Part shown: positions 28,390-39,812 of the stretch, in pieces
How positions within the stretch are numbered: the stretch's first letter is position 1
Layout: every line of letters starts with the position of its first letter
Source of the DNA: Alphaproteobacteria bacterium
GTDB taxonomy: Bacteria > Pseudomonadota > Alphaproteobacteria > GCA-2746255
Length of the DNA stretch: 64,000 bases
Reading direction: 5' to 3'
Assembly: GCA_965249135.1 (NCBI GenBank)
Contig: OZ252220.1
Coordinates: forward strand, 384,001 to 448,000
Translations under genes and position numbers: made by a program
Notes under the pieces: model-generated
Told to the model about the DNA's origin: nothing
The model's database searches: none
What the model saw: only the letters and a program-made list of their open reading frames with translations

Positions 28390-30114
28390 ATGACCCGCAA
28401 GTTTGACGAAAAGCAAAACCTGCCGAGCCGTTACGTCTCCGTCGGAGCGGAAAGCGCGCCCCATCGCGCCTTCTACTATGCGATGGGGTTGACGGAGGAA
28501 GAGATCCATCAGCCCTTCGTCGGCGTCGTGACAAGCTGGAACGAAGCCGCGCCCTGCAACATCACGCTCGACCGGCAGGCCCAGGCCGTCAAGCTCGGCG
28601 TGAAATCGGCCGGCGGCATGCCGCGCGAGTTTACGACGATCACGGTGACGGACGGCATCGCGATGGGTCATGAAGGAATGAAGTCTTCGCTCGTCAGCCG
28701 CGAGGTGATCGCCGATTCCTGCGAGTTGACGATGCGCGGGCACTGTTACGATGCGCTTGTCGGACTGGCCGGTTGCGACAAGTCGCTGCCCGGCATCATG
28801 ATGGCGATGCTGCGCCTCAACGTTCCTTCCGTCTTCATGTATGGCGGCACGATCCTTCCCGGCCGCTATGAAGGCCGTGAGGTGACCATCCAGGACGTGT
28901 TCGAGGCGGTCGGTTCTTACAGCGCCGGCAAGATGACGGAAGCGGAGCTGCACGCGCTCGAATGCGTCGCATGCCCCTCGGCCGGTTCCTGCGGCGGTCA
29001 GTTCACGGCGAACACGATGGCCTGCGTTTCCGAAGCCATCGGGCTCGCCCTGCCGGGTTCGGCCGGGGCGCCTGCCCCCTATGAATCCCGCGACGCGTTC
29101 GCCGAGAAAAGTGGCGAGGCGGTCATGCACCTACTGCGCGAAAACATCCGGCCGCGCGACATCGTGACGCGATCCGCGCTCGAGAACGCGGCCATGATCG
29201 TCGCCGCCTCGGGCGGCTCGACGAACGCCGCCCTTCATCTGCCGGCGATCGCGAACGAGGCGGGGATCGACTTCGACCTTACCGCCGTCGCCGAGATTTT
29301 CCGAAAGACGCCGTATCTGGCGGATTTGAAACCCGCCGGCCGCTACGTGGCGAAGGATCTCTACGAGGCGGGCGGCGTGCCGATCCTGATGAAGGCGCTT
29401 CTGGACGGCGGCTACCTGCACGGCGAATGCCTGACGGTGACCGGCCGGACGATCGCCGAGAACTTGAAGGAAGTCGTCTTCCCGACGGATCAGGACGTCG
29501 TGCGCCCGGCATCGAACTCGCTTTCGCCGACCGGCGGCGTCGTCGGGCTCAAAGGGAATTTGGCGCCACAAGGAGCGATCGTGAAGATCGCCGGCATGAC
29601 GGATCTCACGTTTCGTGGGCCCGCGCGTTGCTTCGATCGCGAGGAAGACGCCTTCGAGGCCGTCGAAAACCGCGCCTATGGGGAAGGCGACGTCATCGTG
29701 CTTCGCTACGAAGGGCCACGTGGCGGTCCCGGCATGCGCGAGATGCTGGCGACGACGGCGGCCATCTATGGCCAGGGGATGGGAAACAAGATCGCCCTCA
29801 TTACGGATGGCCGCTTCTCGGGCGCCACCCGCGGCTTCTGCATCGGCCATGTCGGACCGGAGGCGGCCGTCGGCGGCCCCATCGCCCTTCTGAAGGACGG
29901 CGACATGATCGCCATCGATGCAGGCAGGGGCACGATCGAGGTCGAACTCGACGATGCGGAACTCGCGCGTCGTGCCAAGGCCTGGAAGCCGAGGGACAGC
30001 GATTTCGGATCCGGCGCGATTTGGCGGTTTGCCCAGACGGTGGGGGATGCGGCCCAGGGCGCCGTCACCCATCCCGGCGCCAAGGCGGAAAAGCGCGTCT
30101 ACGCCGACATCTGA
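28390..30114 (+). CDS. ilvD: Dihydroxy-acid dehydratase
   Basis: PCN, GCDK, CGGQFTANTM, GPGMREML, TDGRFSG. Confidence 0.96.
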   Translation: MTRKFDEKQNLPSRYVSVGAESAPHRAFYYAMGLTEEEIHQPFVGVVTSWNEAAPCNITLDRQAQAVKLGVKSAGGMPREFTTITVTDGIAMGHEGMKSSLVSREVIADSCELTMRGHCYDALVGLAGCDKSLPGIMMAMLRLNVPSVFMYGGTILPGRYEGREVTIQDVFEAVGSYSAGKMTEAELHALECVACPSAGSCGGQFTANTMACVSEAIGLALPGSAGAPAPYESRDAFAEKSGEAVMHLLRENIRPRDIVTRSALENAAMIVAASGGSTNAALHLPAIANEAGIDFDLTAVAEIFRKTPYLADLKPAGRYVAKDLYEAGGVPILMKALLDGGYLHGECLTVTGRTIAENLKEVVFPTDQDVVRPASNSLSPTGGVVGLKGNLAPQGAIVKIAGMTDLTFRGPARCFDREEDAFEAVENRAYGEGDVIVLRYEGPRGGPGMREMLATTAAIYGQGMGNKIALITDGRFSGATRGFCIGHVGPEAAVGGPIALLKDGDMIAIDAGRGTIEVELDDAELARRAKAWKPRDSDFGSGAIWRFAQTVGDAAQGAVTHPGAKAEKRVYADI

Positions 30115-30126
30115 TCGCCCGGTTCC

Positions 30127-30894
30127 TTAAGCAAGCTCGCACCAGATCGGCGTGTGATCGGAAGGTTTCTCCTTTTTTCGGGGGCCCGTGTCGATCTCGC
30201 ATGCTTTGAGGCGGTCGGCGGCCTCCGGCGACAGCAGCAGATGGTCGATGCGAAGGCCAAGGTCCCGCCGCCAGGCGCCGCCCTGGTAATCCCAATAGGT
30301 GAACGCGAGCGCGTCCGGGTGACGCGCGCGAAACGCATCCGTGAGACCCAGATAGGTGAGCGCGCGGAACTTCTCCCGCGTGCGCAGGTCGTAAAGTGCG
30401 TCTCCTTCCCATCCCTGAGGCTCGTAAACGTCTTCCCTTGCCGGAATGACGTTGAAGTCACCGGCTAGCACGAAGGGCTCCTCCGTTTTCAATAGCGCTT
30501 CGGCGTGGCGCTTCAGACGGTCCATCCAACGTAGCTTGTAGTCGAATTTCTCCGTGCCCACCGGGTTCCCGTTCGGAAGGTAGACGGAGGCGACGCGCAA
30601 CGTCTCGACCAGCACTTCCACGTAACGCGCTTGGTCGTCCGCCGTCTCGCCGGGAAGGCGCTTCTCAAAGACCTCCAAGGGGAGGGCGGAAAGGATGGCG
30701 ACGCCGTTATAGGCCTTCTGACCGGCAACAGTGGCGGCGTAGCCGGCCGCCTCGATCTCGAAGAAGGGAAAGTTTTCCTCGATGGTCTTGGTCTCCTGGA
30801 GGCAGACGACGTCCGGCTTTGCCGCCTTCAGCCAGGCAAGCAGGTGGGGGAGCCGGGACTTGATGGAGTTGACGTTCCAGGAGGCGATCTTCAC
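30127..30894 (-). CDS. xth: Exodeoxyribonuclease III
   Basis: WNVNS, LQETK, GDFN, RIDH, SDHTP; GTG start at 30894. Confidence 0.93.
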   Translation of the reverse strand: MKIASWNVNSIKSRLPHLLAWLKAAKPDVVCLQETKTIEENFPFFEIEAAGYAATVAGQKAYNGVAILSALPLEVFEKRLPGETADDQARYVEVLVETLRVASVYLPNGNPVGTEKFDYKLRWMDRLKRHAEALLKTEEPFVLAGDFNVIPAREDVYEPQGWEGDALYDLRTREKFRALTYLGLTDAFRARHPDALAFTYWDYQGGAWRRDLGLRIDHLLLSPEAADRLKACEIDTGPRKKEKPSDHTPIWCELA

Positions 30895-30913
30895 CGAAAG
30901 CGTAAGCGCCTGT

Positions 30914-31255
30914 TTAGCCGACCGAGAAGGAATTGCCGCAGCCGCAAGACGCGGTCGCGTTCGGATTGCGGATCGCAAAGGCGGAGCCGATCAGGTCTTC
31001 GACGAAATCGACCTCGGCGCCGGCCAGGTATTCGCGGCTGATCTCGTCGATCACCACCTTGGCGCCGTTCCGTTCGATGACGGCATCGTCGTCGTTGGTC
31101 ACGTTGTCGAAGGTGAAATTGTACTGGAAACCCGAGCAGCCGCCACCGGTAACGGCGATGCGCAGCATGTAGCCTTCCTCCGCCTCGCTCGCCATAAGCG
31201 CTGCGATGCGTTTGGCCGCACGCTTCGAAACCGTCACTTTCGCTTCGTTTTCCAT
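30914..31255 (-). CDS. erpA: Iron-sulfur cluster insertion protein ErpA/IscA
   Basis: GGGCSGFQY, CGCGNSF. Confidence 0.92.
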   Translation of the reverse strand: MENEAKVTVSKRAAKRIAALMASEAEEGYMLRIAVTGGGCSGFQYNFTFDNVTNDDDAVIERNGAKVVIDEISREYLAGAEVDFVEDLIGSAFAIRNPNATASCGCGNSFSVG

Positions 31256-31430
31256 TGTCCTCATCTTAAGCCATCTCGGAAGCTGCGCAAAACCGCCCAC
31301 GCCGCTTCTTCTTATGTGGGAAGGATTAGGATTTCGTCAATGTTTTTAATTAGTTCCAAGGCGAACCTTCGCGGTTATCCGGGCAAGGGAAGCGTTGCGT
31401 GGCCTCGTGCCTTCGAAGTAGTGTCCGGCC

Positions 31431-32606
31431 ATGGGGCCGCTTGCCAGCTATGCCTGTCATCCGGAAGAAAGCCGCGGCCGTCGCTTTCCGGAAGAGGAAA
31501 GCCGGATGCGGACGGTCTTTCAGCGGGATCGCGATCGGATCATCCACTGCACGGCCTTCCGCCGTCTCAAATACAAGACCCAGGTCTTCGTCTACCACGA
31601 GGGCGACAACTACCGCACCCGGCTCACCCATACCCTCGAAGTGGCGCAGATCGCGCGTTCCATCGCCCGCGCGCTCGATCTGAACGAGGATTTGGTGGAA
31701 GGCTTGGCGCTGGCCCACGACCTTGGCCATCCGCCCTTCGGCCATGCCGGCGAGACGGGGCTGGACGAGGCGATGGCGGAATTCGGCGGTTTCGACCACA
31801 ACGCCCATACGCTGCGCATCCTGACCCGGCTGGAACGGCGCTATGCGGAATTCGACGGCCTGAATCTCACCTGGGAGACCCTGGAAGGGGTCGTCAAGCA
31901 TAACGGGCCGCTTGCCGGGCGTAAGGCGCAGACCAACCGGGAGGTGTCGGTCGGCATCACCGAGTACGTGCGCGAACACGATCTCGAAATCGAAAGCTTC
32001 GCCGGTGCCGAGGCCCAGGTCGCCTCCCTTTCCGACGACATCGCCTATAACAGCCACGACCTCGACGATGGCCTTCGGGCAGGCCTCTTCACGCTCAAAG
32101 ACGTCGAGGACGTTCCGCTCGCTGGCCCGGTGATCGCCGAGGTGCGGTCGCGGTATCCCGGAATCGAGATCCAGCGCCTGGTTCCGGAGACCATCCGCCG
32201 CCTGATCGATCGCATGGTGCAGGACCTGATCGGGGAAACGAAAACCCGGTTGGCGCGCACGAAGCCGAAAACCGCCCAGGCCATCCGCGCGCTGGATGCG
32301 CCCGTCGTCGCCTTTTCTGGGGCGATGGAGAAGGAAACCCAAGGCTTGAAGGCCTTCCTGATGCGGCGCATGTACCGCCATTATAAGGTGAATCGCATGG
32401 CCAACAAGGCGCGCCATGTCGTGAAGGAACTGTTCGATCTGTTGCTCCGCGAGCCGGGCTGCCTGCCGACGGAATGGCAGGAAGAAGCCGACCACCTGGA
32501 CCGGCCGGCAAGGGGGCAGCTTGTCCTCGACTACGTGGCCGGCATGACGGATCGTTTCGCGCTGGAGGAACACCGCCGCCTTTTCGACGTTTATGCGAAA
32601 AAATAA
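31431..32606 (+). CDS. dgt: Deoxyguanosinetriphosphate triphosphohydrolase
   Basis: [32 protein letters not shown]. Confidence 0.93.
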   Translation: MGPLASYACHPEESRGRRFPEEESRMRTVFQRDRDRIIHCTAFRRLKYKTQVFVYHEGDNYRTRLTHTLEVAQIARSIARALDLNEDLVEGLALAHDLGHPPFGHAGETGLDEAMAEFGGFDHNAHTLRILTRLERRYAEFDGLNLTWETLEGVVKHNGPLAGRKAQTNREVSVGITEYVREHDLEIESFAGAEAQVASLSDDIAYNSHDLDDGLRAGLFTLKDVEDVPLAGPVIAEVRSRYPGIEIQRLVPETIRRLIDRMVQDLIGETKTRLARTKPKTAQAIRALDAPVVAFSGAMEKETQGLKAFLMRRMYRHYKVNRMANKARHVVKELFDLLLREPGCLPTEWQEEADHLDRPARGQLVLDYVAGMTDRFALEEHRRLFDVYAKK

Positions 32607-34363
32607 TGAATCTTTTCAAATACTTTCAGTCTGAAGTTTTGAATGTCATTGAAGAGATGACGGTCGCCGGTCGGCTTCCTTCGGGCATCGATTCGACGAA
32701 GATCGTCATCGAACCGCCCCGCGAGGCGGCCCATGGCGACGTTTCGACGAATGCCGCCCTGGTGCTGGCGAAGGAAGCCGGCCAAAAGCCGCACGATCTC
32801 GCCCAACGCCTTGCCCATCAACTTAAAGAGAACCCGGCTATCGTGATCGCCGAGGTGGCCGGCCCCGGCTTCATTAATCTCCGGCTCGCGGATGCCTTCT
32901 GGTACGCGCGTCTCGCCGAAATTCTGCAGGAAGGGACGGCCTATGGGGATTCGGATCTTGGCCAGGCGGAACGGGTGAACGTCGAGTACGTCTCGGCGAA
33001 TCCAACGGGACCGCTGCACATTGGCCACGGGCGGGGTGCCGTCATCGGCGACGTGCTGGCGTCGCTTCTCGAGAAGGTGGGCTACCAGGTCACCCGCGAG
33101 TTTTACATCAACGATGCCGGCGCCCAGGTCGATAAGCTGGGCCAGGCGGTCTACTACCGCTACCGCGAGCAGCTCGGCATCGATATCGGGCCGGACGTCT
33201 TCGAGGGAAGCTACCCCGGTGACTACCTGAAGCCGGTCGGACAGAAACTGGCCGAAAAATATGGCCGCGAGTGGGTGGATGCGGTCCCCGAAGACTGGCT
33301 TCCCATCTTCCGGGATTTCGCGATCGAGGAGATGGTGGCGGTCATTCGGGAGGATCTGAAGGCGCTCGGCGTCGTCTTCGACGTCTTCTCCTCCGAGCGC
33401 GCTCTGGTCGCCGAGGGCGGCGTGGATTCCGCGCTCGAAGCCCTTGATGCAAAGGGCCTCGTCTACGAAGGGATCCTCGATCCCCCGAAGGGCATGGTGC
33501 CGGAAGATTGGGAGCCAAGGCCGCAAACCCTCTTTCGTTCGACGCAGTTCGGGGACGACGTCGACCGCCCGCTCAAGAAATCGGATGGCAGCTGGACCTA
33601 TTTCGCCTCCGACATCGCCTATCACCTGGACAAGTTCCGCCGCAGCGCAGACACGATGATCAATGTCTGGGGGGCGGACCATGCGGGCTACGTCAAGCGC
33701 ATGCGGGCCGCGGTGAAGGCGATCACCGACGGTCGTGGCGAGTTGGATGTGAAGATCTGCCAGCTGGTGAACCTGTTCGAAGTCGGCGTGCAGGTAAAGA
33801 TGTCGAAGCGATCCGGTACCTTTGTCAGCTTGCGCGACGTCGTCGGCGAGGTCGGCAAGGACGTCGTCCGCTTCATCATGCTGACCCGCAAGAACGACGT
33901 GGTGCTCGACTTCGACACCGAGAAGGTGATGGAGCAGACCAAGGATAACCCGGTCTTCTATGTGCAATACGCCCATGCACGGGCCCAGTCCGTGCTTCGT
34001 CATGCCAAGGCCGAGTTTCCGAAGATCAACCTTGCTCCGGCCGCACTGGCCAATGCTCCACTCGGCCGGTTGACCGAACCCGGCGAACTTGCTCTCATTC
34101 GCAAGATGGCGGATTGGCCACGTCAGGTGGAAACGGCGGCGCGGTTTCACGAACCACACCGCCTGGCCTTCTACCTTTACGATCTCGCCGGCGAATTCCA
34201 TGGGCAATGGAACCGGGGGAACGAGGAGACGGACTTGCGCTTCTTGAGGCCGGACGATGCGGACCTTTCCACAGCCCGGCTTGCCCTCGTTTCGGGATTG
34301 GCGATCGTCATCGCCTCAGGCCTGAAAACCTTTGGGGTGGAGCCGGTGGAGGAGATGCGGTGA
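32606..34363 (+). CDS. argS: Arginine-tRNA ligase
   Basis: [31 protein letters not shown]; ATG overlaps the dgt stop. Confidence 0.96.
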   Translation: MNLFKYFQSEVLNVIEEMTVAGRLPSGIDSTKIVIEPPREAAHGDVSTNAALVLAKEAGQKPHDLAQRLAHQLKENPAIVIAEVAGPGFINLRLADAFWYARLAEILQEGTAYGDSDLGQAERVNVEYVSANPTGPLHIGHGRGAVIGDVLASLLEKVGYQVTREFYINDAGAQVDKLGQAVYYRYREQLGIDIGPDVFEGSYPGDYLKPVGQKLAEKYGREWVDAVPEDWLPIFRDFAIEEMVAVIREDLKALGVVFDVFSSERALVAEGGVDSALEALDAKGLVYEGILDPPKGMVPEDWEPRPQTLFRSTQFGDDVDRPLKKSDGSWTYFASDIAYHLDKFRRSADTMINVWGADHAGYVKRMRAAVKAITDGRGELDVKICQLVNLFEVGVQVKMSKRSGTFVSLRDVVGEVGKDVVRFIMLTRKNDVVLDFDTEKVMEQTKDNPVFYVQYAHARAQSVLRHAKAEFPKINLAPAALANAPLGRLTEPGELALIRKMADWPRQVETAARFHEPHRLAFYLYDLAGEFHGQWNRGNEETDLRFLRPDDADLSTARLALVSGLAIVIASGLKTFGVEPVEEMR

Positions 34364-35076
34364 GTTTTTTTACAAGCCGTTTCGAAGAAGAGTCGGATCA
34401 ACACCGGTCCTTTTTTCGCCGCCGCGGGTTCTATAGGTTCCTCGCAGTGCTTCTCGCATTCGGTGTTTTCGCAGGCGTCGTTCGGATCGCCTATGAGGAA
34501 GGCGTGAAATCCGGAACGCGAGCCATCCTGCCCATCGTTCGTGCGGAGAAGGAGCCGATCAAGGTGCGGCCCGAGAAACCAGGCGGCATGGCCGTGCCGT
34601 TCCAGGACAAGCTCGTCTACGGCCAACTCGCCGAGAGGGACCCGGAGCAGCCGGAGACGATCCGGCTGCTGCCGCCGCCGGAGGAGCCCGTCGCTCCTCC
34701 CGAGGCGGCCGAGGCGCCACCAAAGACCGAGCTTCTGCAACGGATGGAATCCGAAGCGACGGTCCCGCAAACGCAAACCGAGCCCGAGACGGAACCTCTA
34801 GAAGCCGCGCCAGCCCCGCCCGGCGAGAAAGGCGTTCGCATCCAGGTCGCTTCCATGCGATTCGAGACGCAGGCGAAAGTCCAATGGGCGCGGCTCCAGG
34901 AGGCCGAGCCCGATCTCTTGGGCGCGCTTAAGCTGTACGTGGAACGGGTAGATCTGGGCGAGAAGGGCGTTTTCTTTCGCGTGCAGGCGGGACCGCTAAC
35001 CGGGGTCGCGGCGGCAAAAGACCTTTGCACAAGACTTCAACAACGCAAATTAGGCTGTCTGGTTGTCCGGCCCTGA
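34360..35076 (+). CDS. SPOR-domain cell division protein (FtsN-like)
   Basis: TM segment, [12 protein letters not shown]-terminal SPOR domain; argS-SPOR-nagZ synteny. Confidence 0.85.
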   Translation: MSFFTSRFEEESDQHRSFFRRRGFYRFLAVLLAFGVFAGVVRIAYEEGVKSGTRAILPIVRAEKEPIKVRPEKPGGMAVPFQDKLVYGQLAERDPEQPETIRLLPPPEEPVAPPEAAEAPPKTELLQRMESEATVPQTQTEPETEPLEAAPAPPGEKGVRIQVASMRFETQAKVQWARLQEAEPDLLGALKLYVERVDLGEKGVFFRVQAGPLTGVAAAKDLCTRLQQRKLGCLVVRP

Positions 35077-36100
35077 CGAAAAATCGGCAAGGGCGCTCAT
35101 CCTGGGCTGCGGGGGAACCGCCTTAAGCGACGAGGAAGGCCGCTTCTTCCAGGATGCGAACCCCTTGGGCTTCATCCTCTTCGAACGCAATTGCTCGGAT
35201 CCTGCCCAGGTCCGCTCCCTCGTTTCGGCGTTGCGGGCGGTCGTCGGTCGCGGGGACGCCCCCGTCCTGATCGATCAGGAGGGGGGGCGCGTCCGCCGCC
35301 TCAATCCGCCCCATTGGCGGGACGCACCGCCCGCCCGCCGGTTCGGCGAGCTTGCCGAGCGCAAACCGGAGGCGGCGCTGGAGGCGGCATGGCTGAATGC
35401 CAGGCTCCTGGCGGGCGAGCTTCGCGCGCTCGGGATCACCGTCGATTGTGCACCGGTGCTCGACTTAGCCGTTGCCGGCGCCAACCCCATCATCGGCGAT
35501 CGCGCCTTCGGGAGCGACGCGGATCGCGTTTCCAGCTTAGGCAGGGTCATGTGCGAAGGCCTTCTCGCCGGGGGTGTCTTGCCAGTCTTGAAGCACCTGC
35601 CGGGACACGGCCGCGCCCGCCAAGATAGCCACTTGGCCCTGCCCGTCGTTGAGACCGCCGCGGCCGAGCTCGATGTAACCGATTTTCGTCCCTTTCGCTC
35701 CCTTGCCGACATGCCGCTCGCGATGACGGCCCATATCGTCTATACGGCCTTCGATTCCGAGAAGCCCGCCACGCTTTCGAAAACGGTCGTCGCGGAGGTC
35801 ATTCGCAAGCGAATCGGTTTCGACGGGTTTTTGATGACGGACGATATCTCGATGAACGCCCTTGAGGGCGAGCTTGCGCTTCGCGCCGAAACCGCCCTTG
35901 CCGCCGGCTGCGATGCCGTCCTTCACTGCAATGGGAAGCTTGAGGAAATGGCGGCCTTGGCCCAGGCCGTAGGTCCGCTCAAACGCGTCGCTCTCGACCG
36001 GTTTCGGCGAGCGACGGCCTTGAGGGGTGAGGCGAAGGCAAGCGAGGACATGGACGCGCTTAGGGTCCAGCTCGCGGAATTGATGGGGGAGGCGCCTTAA
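35063..36100 (+). CDS. nagZ: Beta-N-acetylhexosaminidase
   Basis: DQEGGRV, KHLPGHG..DSH, MTDD. Confidence 0.94.
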   Translation: MSGPDEKSARALILGCGGTALSDEEGRFFQDANPLGFILFERNCSDPAQVRSLVSALRAVVGRGDAPVLIDQEGGRVRRLNPPHWRDAPPARRFGELAERKPEAALEAAWLNARLLAGELRALGITVDCAPVLDLAVAGANPIIGDRAFGSDADRVSSLGRVMCEGLLAGGVLPVLKHLPGHGRARQDSHLALPVVETAAAELDVTDFRPFRSLADMPLAMTAHIVYTAFDSEKPATLSKTVVAEVIRKRIGFDGFLMTDDISMNALEGELALRAETALAAGCDAVLHCNGKLEEMAALAQAVGPLKRVALDRFRRATALRGEAKASEDMDALRVQLAELMGEAP

Positions 36101-36787
36101 GTGGACACCTCCGGCATCCTGTATACGGCTTCCGTCTGGGTCCTGCCGATCCTGCTCGCGATCACGCTGCACGAGGCGGCCCACGGTTTCGTGGCGCTTC
36201 GTTTCGGCGATGATACGGCCCTGCGGGCCGGCCGGGTCACCCTGAACCCGCTCCGTCATGTGGATGCCTTCGGCACCGTCCTGCTTCCAGCCCTTCTGCT
36301 GCTCATCCAGTCGCCGATCCTGTTCGGCTATGCCAAGCCGGTCCCGGTCGATTTTTCCCGGCTGGGTTTTCCGAAACGGGACATGATCTGGGTTGCGGCG
36401 GCCGGGCCGGGCATGAATCTCACCCTCGCCTTGCTCTCGGCGCTCGGCCTTCATCTGGTCGGTTTCTTTCCGGAAGGGGGCCAGGGCTGGATCGTCGATA
36501 CCCTTCAGAGATCTATTTTTATCAATGTGCTTCTCGCCGTCTTTAACATGCTGCCTCTACCGCCCTTGGACGGGGGCCGGGTCGCCGTCGGCCTCCTGCC
36601 CTATGAGTTGGCGGCGCGCCTCGCCAAGCTCGAGCGGTTGGGCATTCCAATTCTTTTGGGCCTGCTTTTCATTTTGCCGATGATTGGAAAACAAATCGGC
36701 GTTAATCTGAATTTGATCGCCTGGCTGGTGCTGGTTCCGGTCAAAGCGGTGGAAAGCATGATTTACACCCTCGCGGGGCTGAATTAA
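36101..36787 (+). CDS. Site-2 protease (M50) family protein
   Basis: HEAAH, AAGP, FNMLPLPPLDG. Confidence 0.9.
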   Translation: MDTSGILYTASVWVLPILLAITLHEAAHGFVALRFGDDTALRAGRVTLNPLRHVDAFGTVLLPALLLLIQSPILFGYAKPVPVDFSRLGFPKRDMIWVAAAGPGMNLTLALLSALGLHLVGFFPEGGQGWIVDTLQRSIFINVLLAVFNMLPLPPLDGGRVAVGLLPYELAARLAKLERLGIPILLGLLFILPMIGKQIGVNLNLIAWLVLVPVKAVESMIYTLAGLN

Positions 36788-36794
36788 GGAGCGG

Positions 36795-37577
36795 TTGTTG
36801 GAAGCGGAAGACACCTTCGAATCTCCGCCGATTGCCGACGCAGAAGGCCAGTTTGTCCTCAACCTGACGGGCTTTGAAGGCCCCATCGATGTCCTGCTCA
36901 GGTTGGCGCGGGAGCAGAAGCTCGACCTTGCCCAGATTTCGATCCTGGAACTGGCGGATCAGTACCTCGACTTCATTGTGCATGCGCGCAAGCAGCACCT
37001 GGAGATCGCCGCCGACTATTTGGTCATGGCGGCATGGCTCGCCTATCTGAAGTCGAAACTGCTGCTGCCGGAACCGGAGGACGACGAGGAAGGCCCGACC
37101 GCCGCCGAGATGGCCGAAGCGCTTGCCTTTCAGTTGCGCCGCCTCGAAGCGATGCAGGATTCAAGCCGCCGGCTCTTTGCGCTGCCGCAGCTGGGCCGGG
37201 ACGTCTTCAACCGGGGAAGGCCGGAGGGCATCACGATCATCGACAAGTCCGTCTATGTGTTATCGCTCTACGATCTGCTTCACTCCTATAGCGAAATTCA
37301 TGGGCGGGCCGAGGTCGGCACGCTTCATATCGAGCCGACGAATCTCTTCACGATGGAAAAGAGCCTGCGGCGGCTTTCCGCCATGCTCGGCGGCACGCCG
37401 GGTTGGCAAACGCTGATGAGCTACCTTCCGGACGTGCCCGAGGATAGCCGTCGGCGGCGCTCGGCGGTCGCCTCGACCTTCGCGGCAAGCCTTGAGCTGG
37501 TCCGGATCGGCAAGGCCGAGCTTCGCCAGGATCAAAACTTTGGGCCCCTCTACATTCGAACAAAGGACGCGGAATGA
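36795..37577 (+). CDS. scpA: Segregation/condensation protein A
   Basis: FEGPIDVLL, AADYLVMAAWLAYLKS. Confidence 0.93.
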   Translation: MLEAEDTFESPPIADAEGQFVLNLTGFEGPIDVLLRLAREQKLDLAQISILELADQYLDFIVHARKQHLEIAADYLVMAAWLAYLKSKLLLPEPEDDEEGPTAAEMAEALAFQLRRLEAMQDSSRRLFALPQLGRDVFNRGRPEGITIIDKSVYVLSLYDLLHSYSEIHGRAEVGTLHIEPTNLFTMEKSLRRLSAMLGGTPGWQTLMSYLPDVPEDSRRRRSAVASTFAASLELVRIGKAELRQDQNFGPLYIRTKDAE

Positions 37578-38266
37578 CCAACGGCCTCAATCAAAACCTG
37601 CGCATTCTCGAAGCGGCCCTGTTCGCCGCCGTCGAGCCGCTCGACGAAAAGACGCTGGCTGCGCAATTACCGGACGACGTGGATCTGTCGGCGCCGCTTG
37701 AGACCTTGCGCAGGGCATACGCGAACCGGGGCGTGACCCTGGTCAAGGTGGCCGGCAAATGGATCTTCCGCACGGCGCCGGATCTGGCGTCGCTGCTGCG
37801 CGTCGAGAAGGAAAGGAAACGCCGCCTTTCCCGCGCGGCGCGCGAGACCTTGGCCATCATCGCCTACCACGCACCGGTCACCCGCGGTGAGATCGAAGAG
37901 ATCAGGGGCGTCGCGTTAAGCCGGGGCAGCCTCGACCAGCTGCTCGAAGCGGAATGGATTCGCCCGATGGGCCGCCGCCGCACCCCGGGCCGGCCGATGA
38001 CCTGGGGGGTGACGGACGCATTCCTAGGCCATTTCGGCCTGGCCAGCCGGGACGACCTTCCCGGGATCGAAGAATTGAAGGCCGCCGGCTTGCTCGATCG
38101 GCGTCCCGCGATTTCGATCTATGCCGGCCAGGCGAACGATGAGGAAAGCCTGCTTCCTCCGGACGAGGAGGACGCGGCCGAGGAGGAAGAGGCGTTGGAA
38201 GGAGAGGGCGAGGAAGGCGCTATCATCCGCCCCTTCGAGGCGGAGGAGGAGCCTTCCGCCACCTGA
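37574..38266 (+). CDS. scpB: Segregation/condensation protein B
   Basis: LSRAARETLAIIAY..PVTR.EIEEIRGV, PGRP. Confidence 0.93.
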   Translation: MTNGLNQNLRILEAALFAAVEPLDEKTLAAQLPDDVDLSAPLETLRRAYANRGVTLVKVAGKWIFRTAPDLASLLRVEKERKRRLSRAARETLAIIAYHAPVTRGEIEEIRGVALSRGSLDQLLEAEWIRPMGRRRTPGRPMTWGVTDAFLGHFGLASRDDLPGIEELKAAGLLDRRPAISIYAGQANDEESLLPPDEEDAAEEEEALEGEGEEGAIIRPFEAEEEPSAT

Positions 38267-38366
38267 GGTCTCGAGGCCGAAGCGTTGCGGGAGCAGGGCG
38301 TTTCTGACATGATCCCGCCAGAACCAATGCCTTGGCCTCTATTCCCATGAACCTGGAGCTTTTTAG

Positions 38367-38612
38367 ATGAGCATCGGTGTTTGGCAGGTCGTCCTTGTTC
38401 TGGTCATCGTCTTGATCATCTTCGGGGCCGGGAAGCTGCCGAAAGTGATGGGCGACCTTGCGAAGGGGGTGAAGACCTTCCGTTCCGGCCTCAAGGAAGA
38501 GGATGAAGCCAAGCCCGGCGATTCCGGGTCGGCCCTGGAACAGGACAAATCCTCGACCATCAGTCCATCGGCTGAGGCCGATAGCGACAAGGACTCGACG
38601 ACGAAGTCCTGA
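38367..38612 (+). CDS. tatA: Tat translocase TatA
   Basis: IIFGAGKLP..MGDLAKG. Confidence 0.93.
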   Translation: MSIGVWQVVLVLVIVLIIFGAGKLPKVMGDLAKGVKTFRSGLKEEDEAKPGDSGSALEQDKSSTISPSAEADSDKDSTTKS

Positions 38613-38659
38613 CCGGCAACTTGCCGGTGGCGTGAACCGTACAAACCGGAATTGAGTGG

Positions 38660-38950
38660 ATGTTGGATATAGGTTGGCCGGAACTGGTCCTGATCGCCGT
38701 TCTGACGGTCGTCGTCATCGGGCCGAAGGAATTGCCGGTCGTGCTTCGCGCACTCGGGCGATGGGTGGGCAAGGCCCGCGCACTTGCCAGGGAATTCCGA
38801 GGCAGCATCGAGGAAATCGCCAGGGAATCCGAGTTGAGCGAGCTCAAGCGGATGGCTTCCGGCGAGGAACTCAAGAAAAGCATCGAGGCGCACCGCACGC
38901 CGGATGAGGCCAACTCCAGCAAGGGCTCCCCTGACGATGAGCGCGCCTGA
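38660..38950 (+). CDS. tatB: Tat translocase TatB
   Basis: DIGWPEL...VIGPKELP. Confidence 0.93.
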   Translation: MLDIGWPELVLIAVLTVVVIGPKELPVVLRALGRWVGKARALAREFRGSIEEIARESELSELKRMASGEELKKSIEAHRTPDEANSSKGSPDDERA

Positions 38951-38952
38951 CG

Positions 38953-39732
38953 ATGAGCGTGGATGAAAAGAAAATGTCGTTGCTCGATCATTTGATCGAG
39001 CTTCGCAACCGGCTTCTGTGGTCGGTGGCGGTCCTCTTCATCGTCTTCATCGGCTGCTACGTCGTCGCCGAGGACATTTTTGCCTTCCTAGTTGCGCCGC
39101 TCGCCGAAATCTATGGTGAGCAGACCGGGCGGCGGCTGATCTATACGGGGCTGACGGAGGTCTTCTTCACCTATGTGAAGGTCGCCTTCTTCACCGCCCT
39201 TGGCCTTTCCTTTCCGGTGATTGCCGTACAGATCTGGGCCTTCGTAGCACCTGGCCTCTATCGCCGTGAAAAGAAGGTCTTCCTTCCCTTCCTGCTTGCC
39301 ACGCCGGTGCTTTTCGCGGCCGGGGCGGCGCTCGTCTATTACGCCGTCATCCCGCTCGCCTGGGAGTTTTTTTTAGGCTTCGAGACGCAAGGCACGCTCG
39401 GCGGGCTGCCGATCCAGTTGGAAGCGAAGGTGAACGAATACCTCTCCCTGGTCATGAAACTGATGTTCGCCTTCGGGCTTTGCTTTCAGCTGCCGGTTCT
39501 GCTGACGCTGCTCGCCCGGATCGGGGCGGTGGACTCGGCCACGCTTCGCGCCAAGCGGAAATATGCGCTGATCGGCATTTTCATCGCCGCCGCCGTGCTC
39601 ACGCCGCCCGACCTGATCAGTCAGGTGAGCCTGGCGTTGCCGGTGCTCCTTCTTTACGAGATTTCGATCCTCTCCGTCTGTCTGGCCGAAAAGCGCCAAC
39701 GCGAAGCCGCCCCCGAAGCTTCCGCCGATTGA
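38953..39732 (+). CDS. tatC: Tat translocase TatC
   Basis: HLIELRNRL, FVAPGLY..E, LTPPD..SQ. Confidence 0.95.
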   Translation: MSVDEKKMSLLDHLIELRNRLLWSVAVLFIVFIGCYVVAEDIFAFLVAPLAEIYGEQTGRRLIYTGLTEVFFTYVKVAFFTALGLSFPVIAVQIWAFVAPGLYRREKKVFLPFLLATPVLFAAGAALVYYAVIPLAWEFFLGFETQGTLGGLPIQLEAKVNEYLSLVMKLMFAFGLCFQLPVLLTLLARIGAVDSATLRAKRKYALIGIFIAAAVLTPPDLISQVSLALPVLLLYEISILSVCLAEKRQREAAPEASAD

Positions 39733-39812
39733 CCCTGGTTGTGGCCCTGGTTGTGGACGGGCGGCCGGTTCTCCCCCTATAGTTTGGCGCTGCACGAGCC
39801 TGAGGTGCCAAC

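Noticed and set aside
31431-32606. dGTPase as an anti-phage system
   Set aside because: It sits in the conserved erpA-dgt-argS housekeeping context with host-like composition
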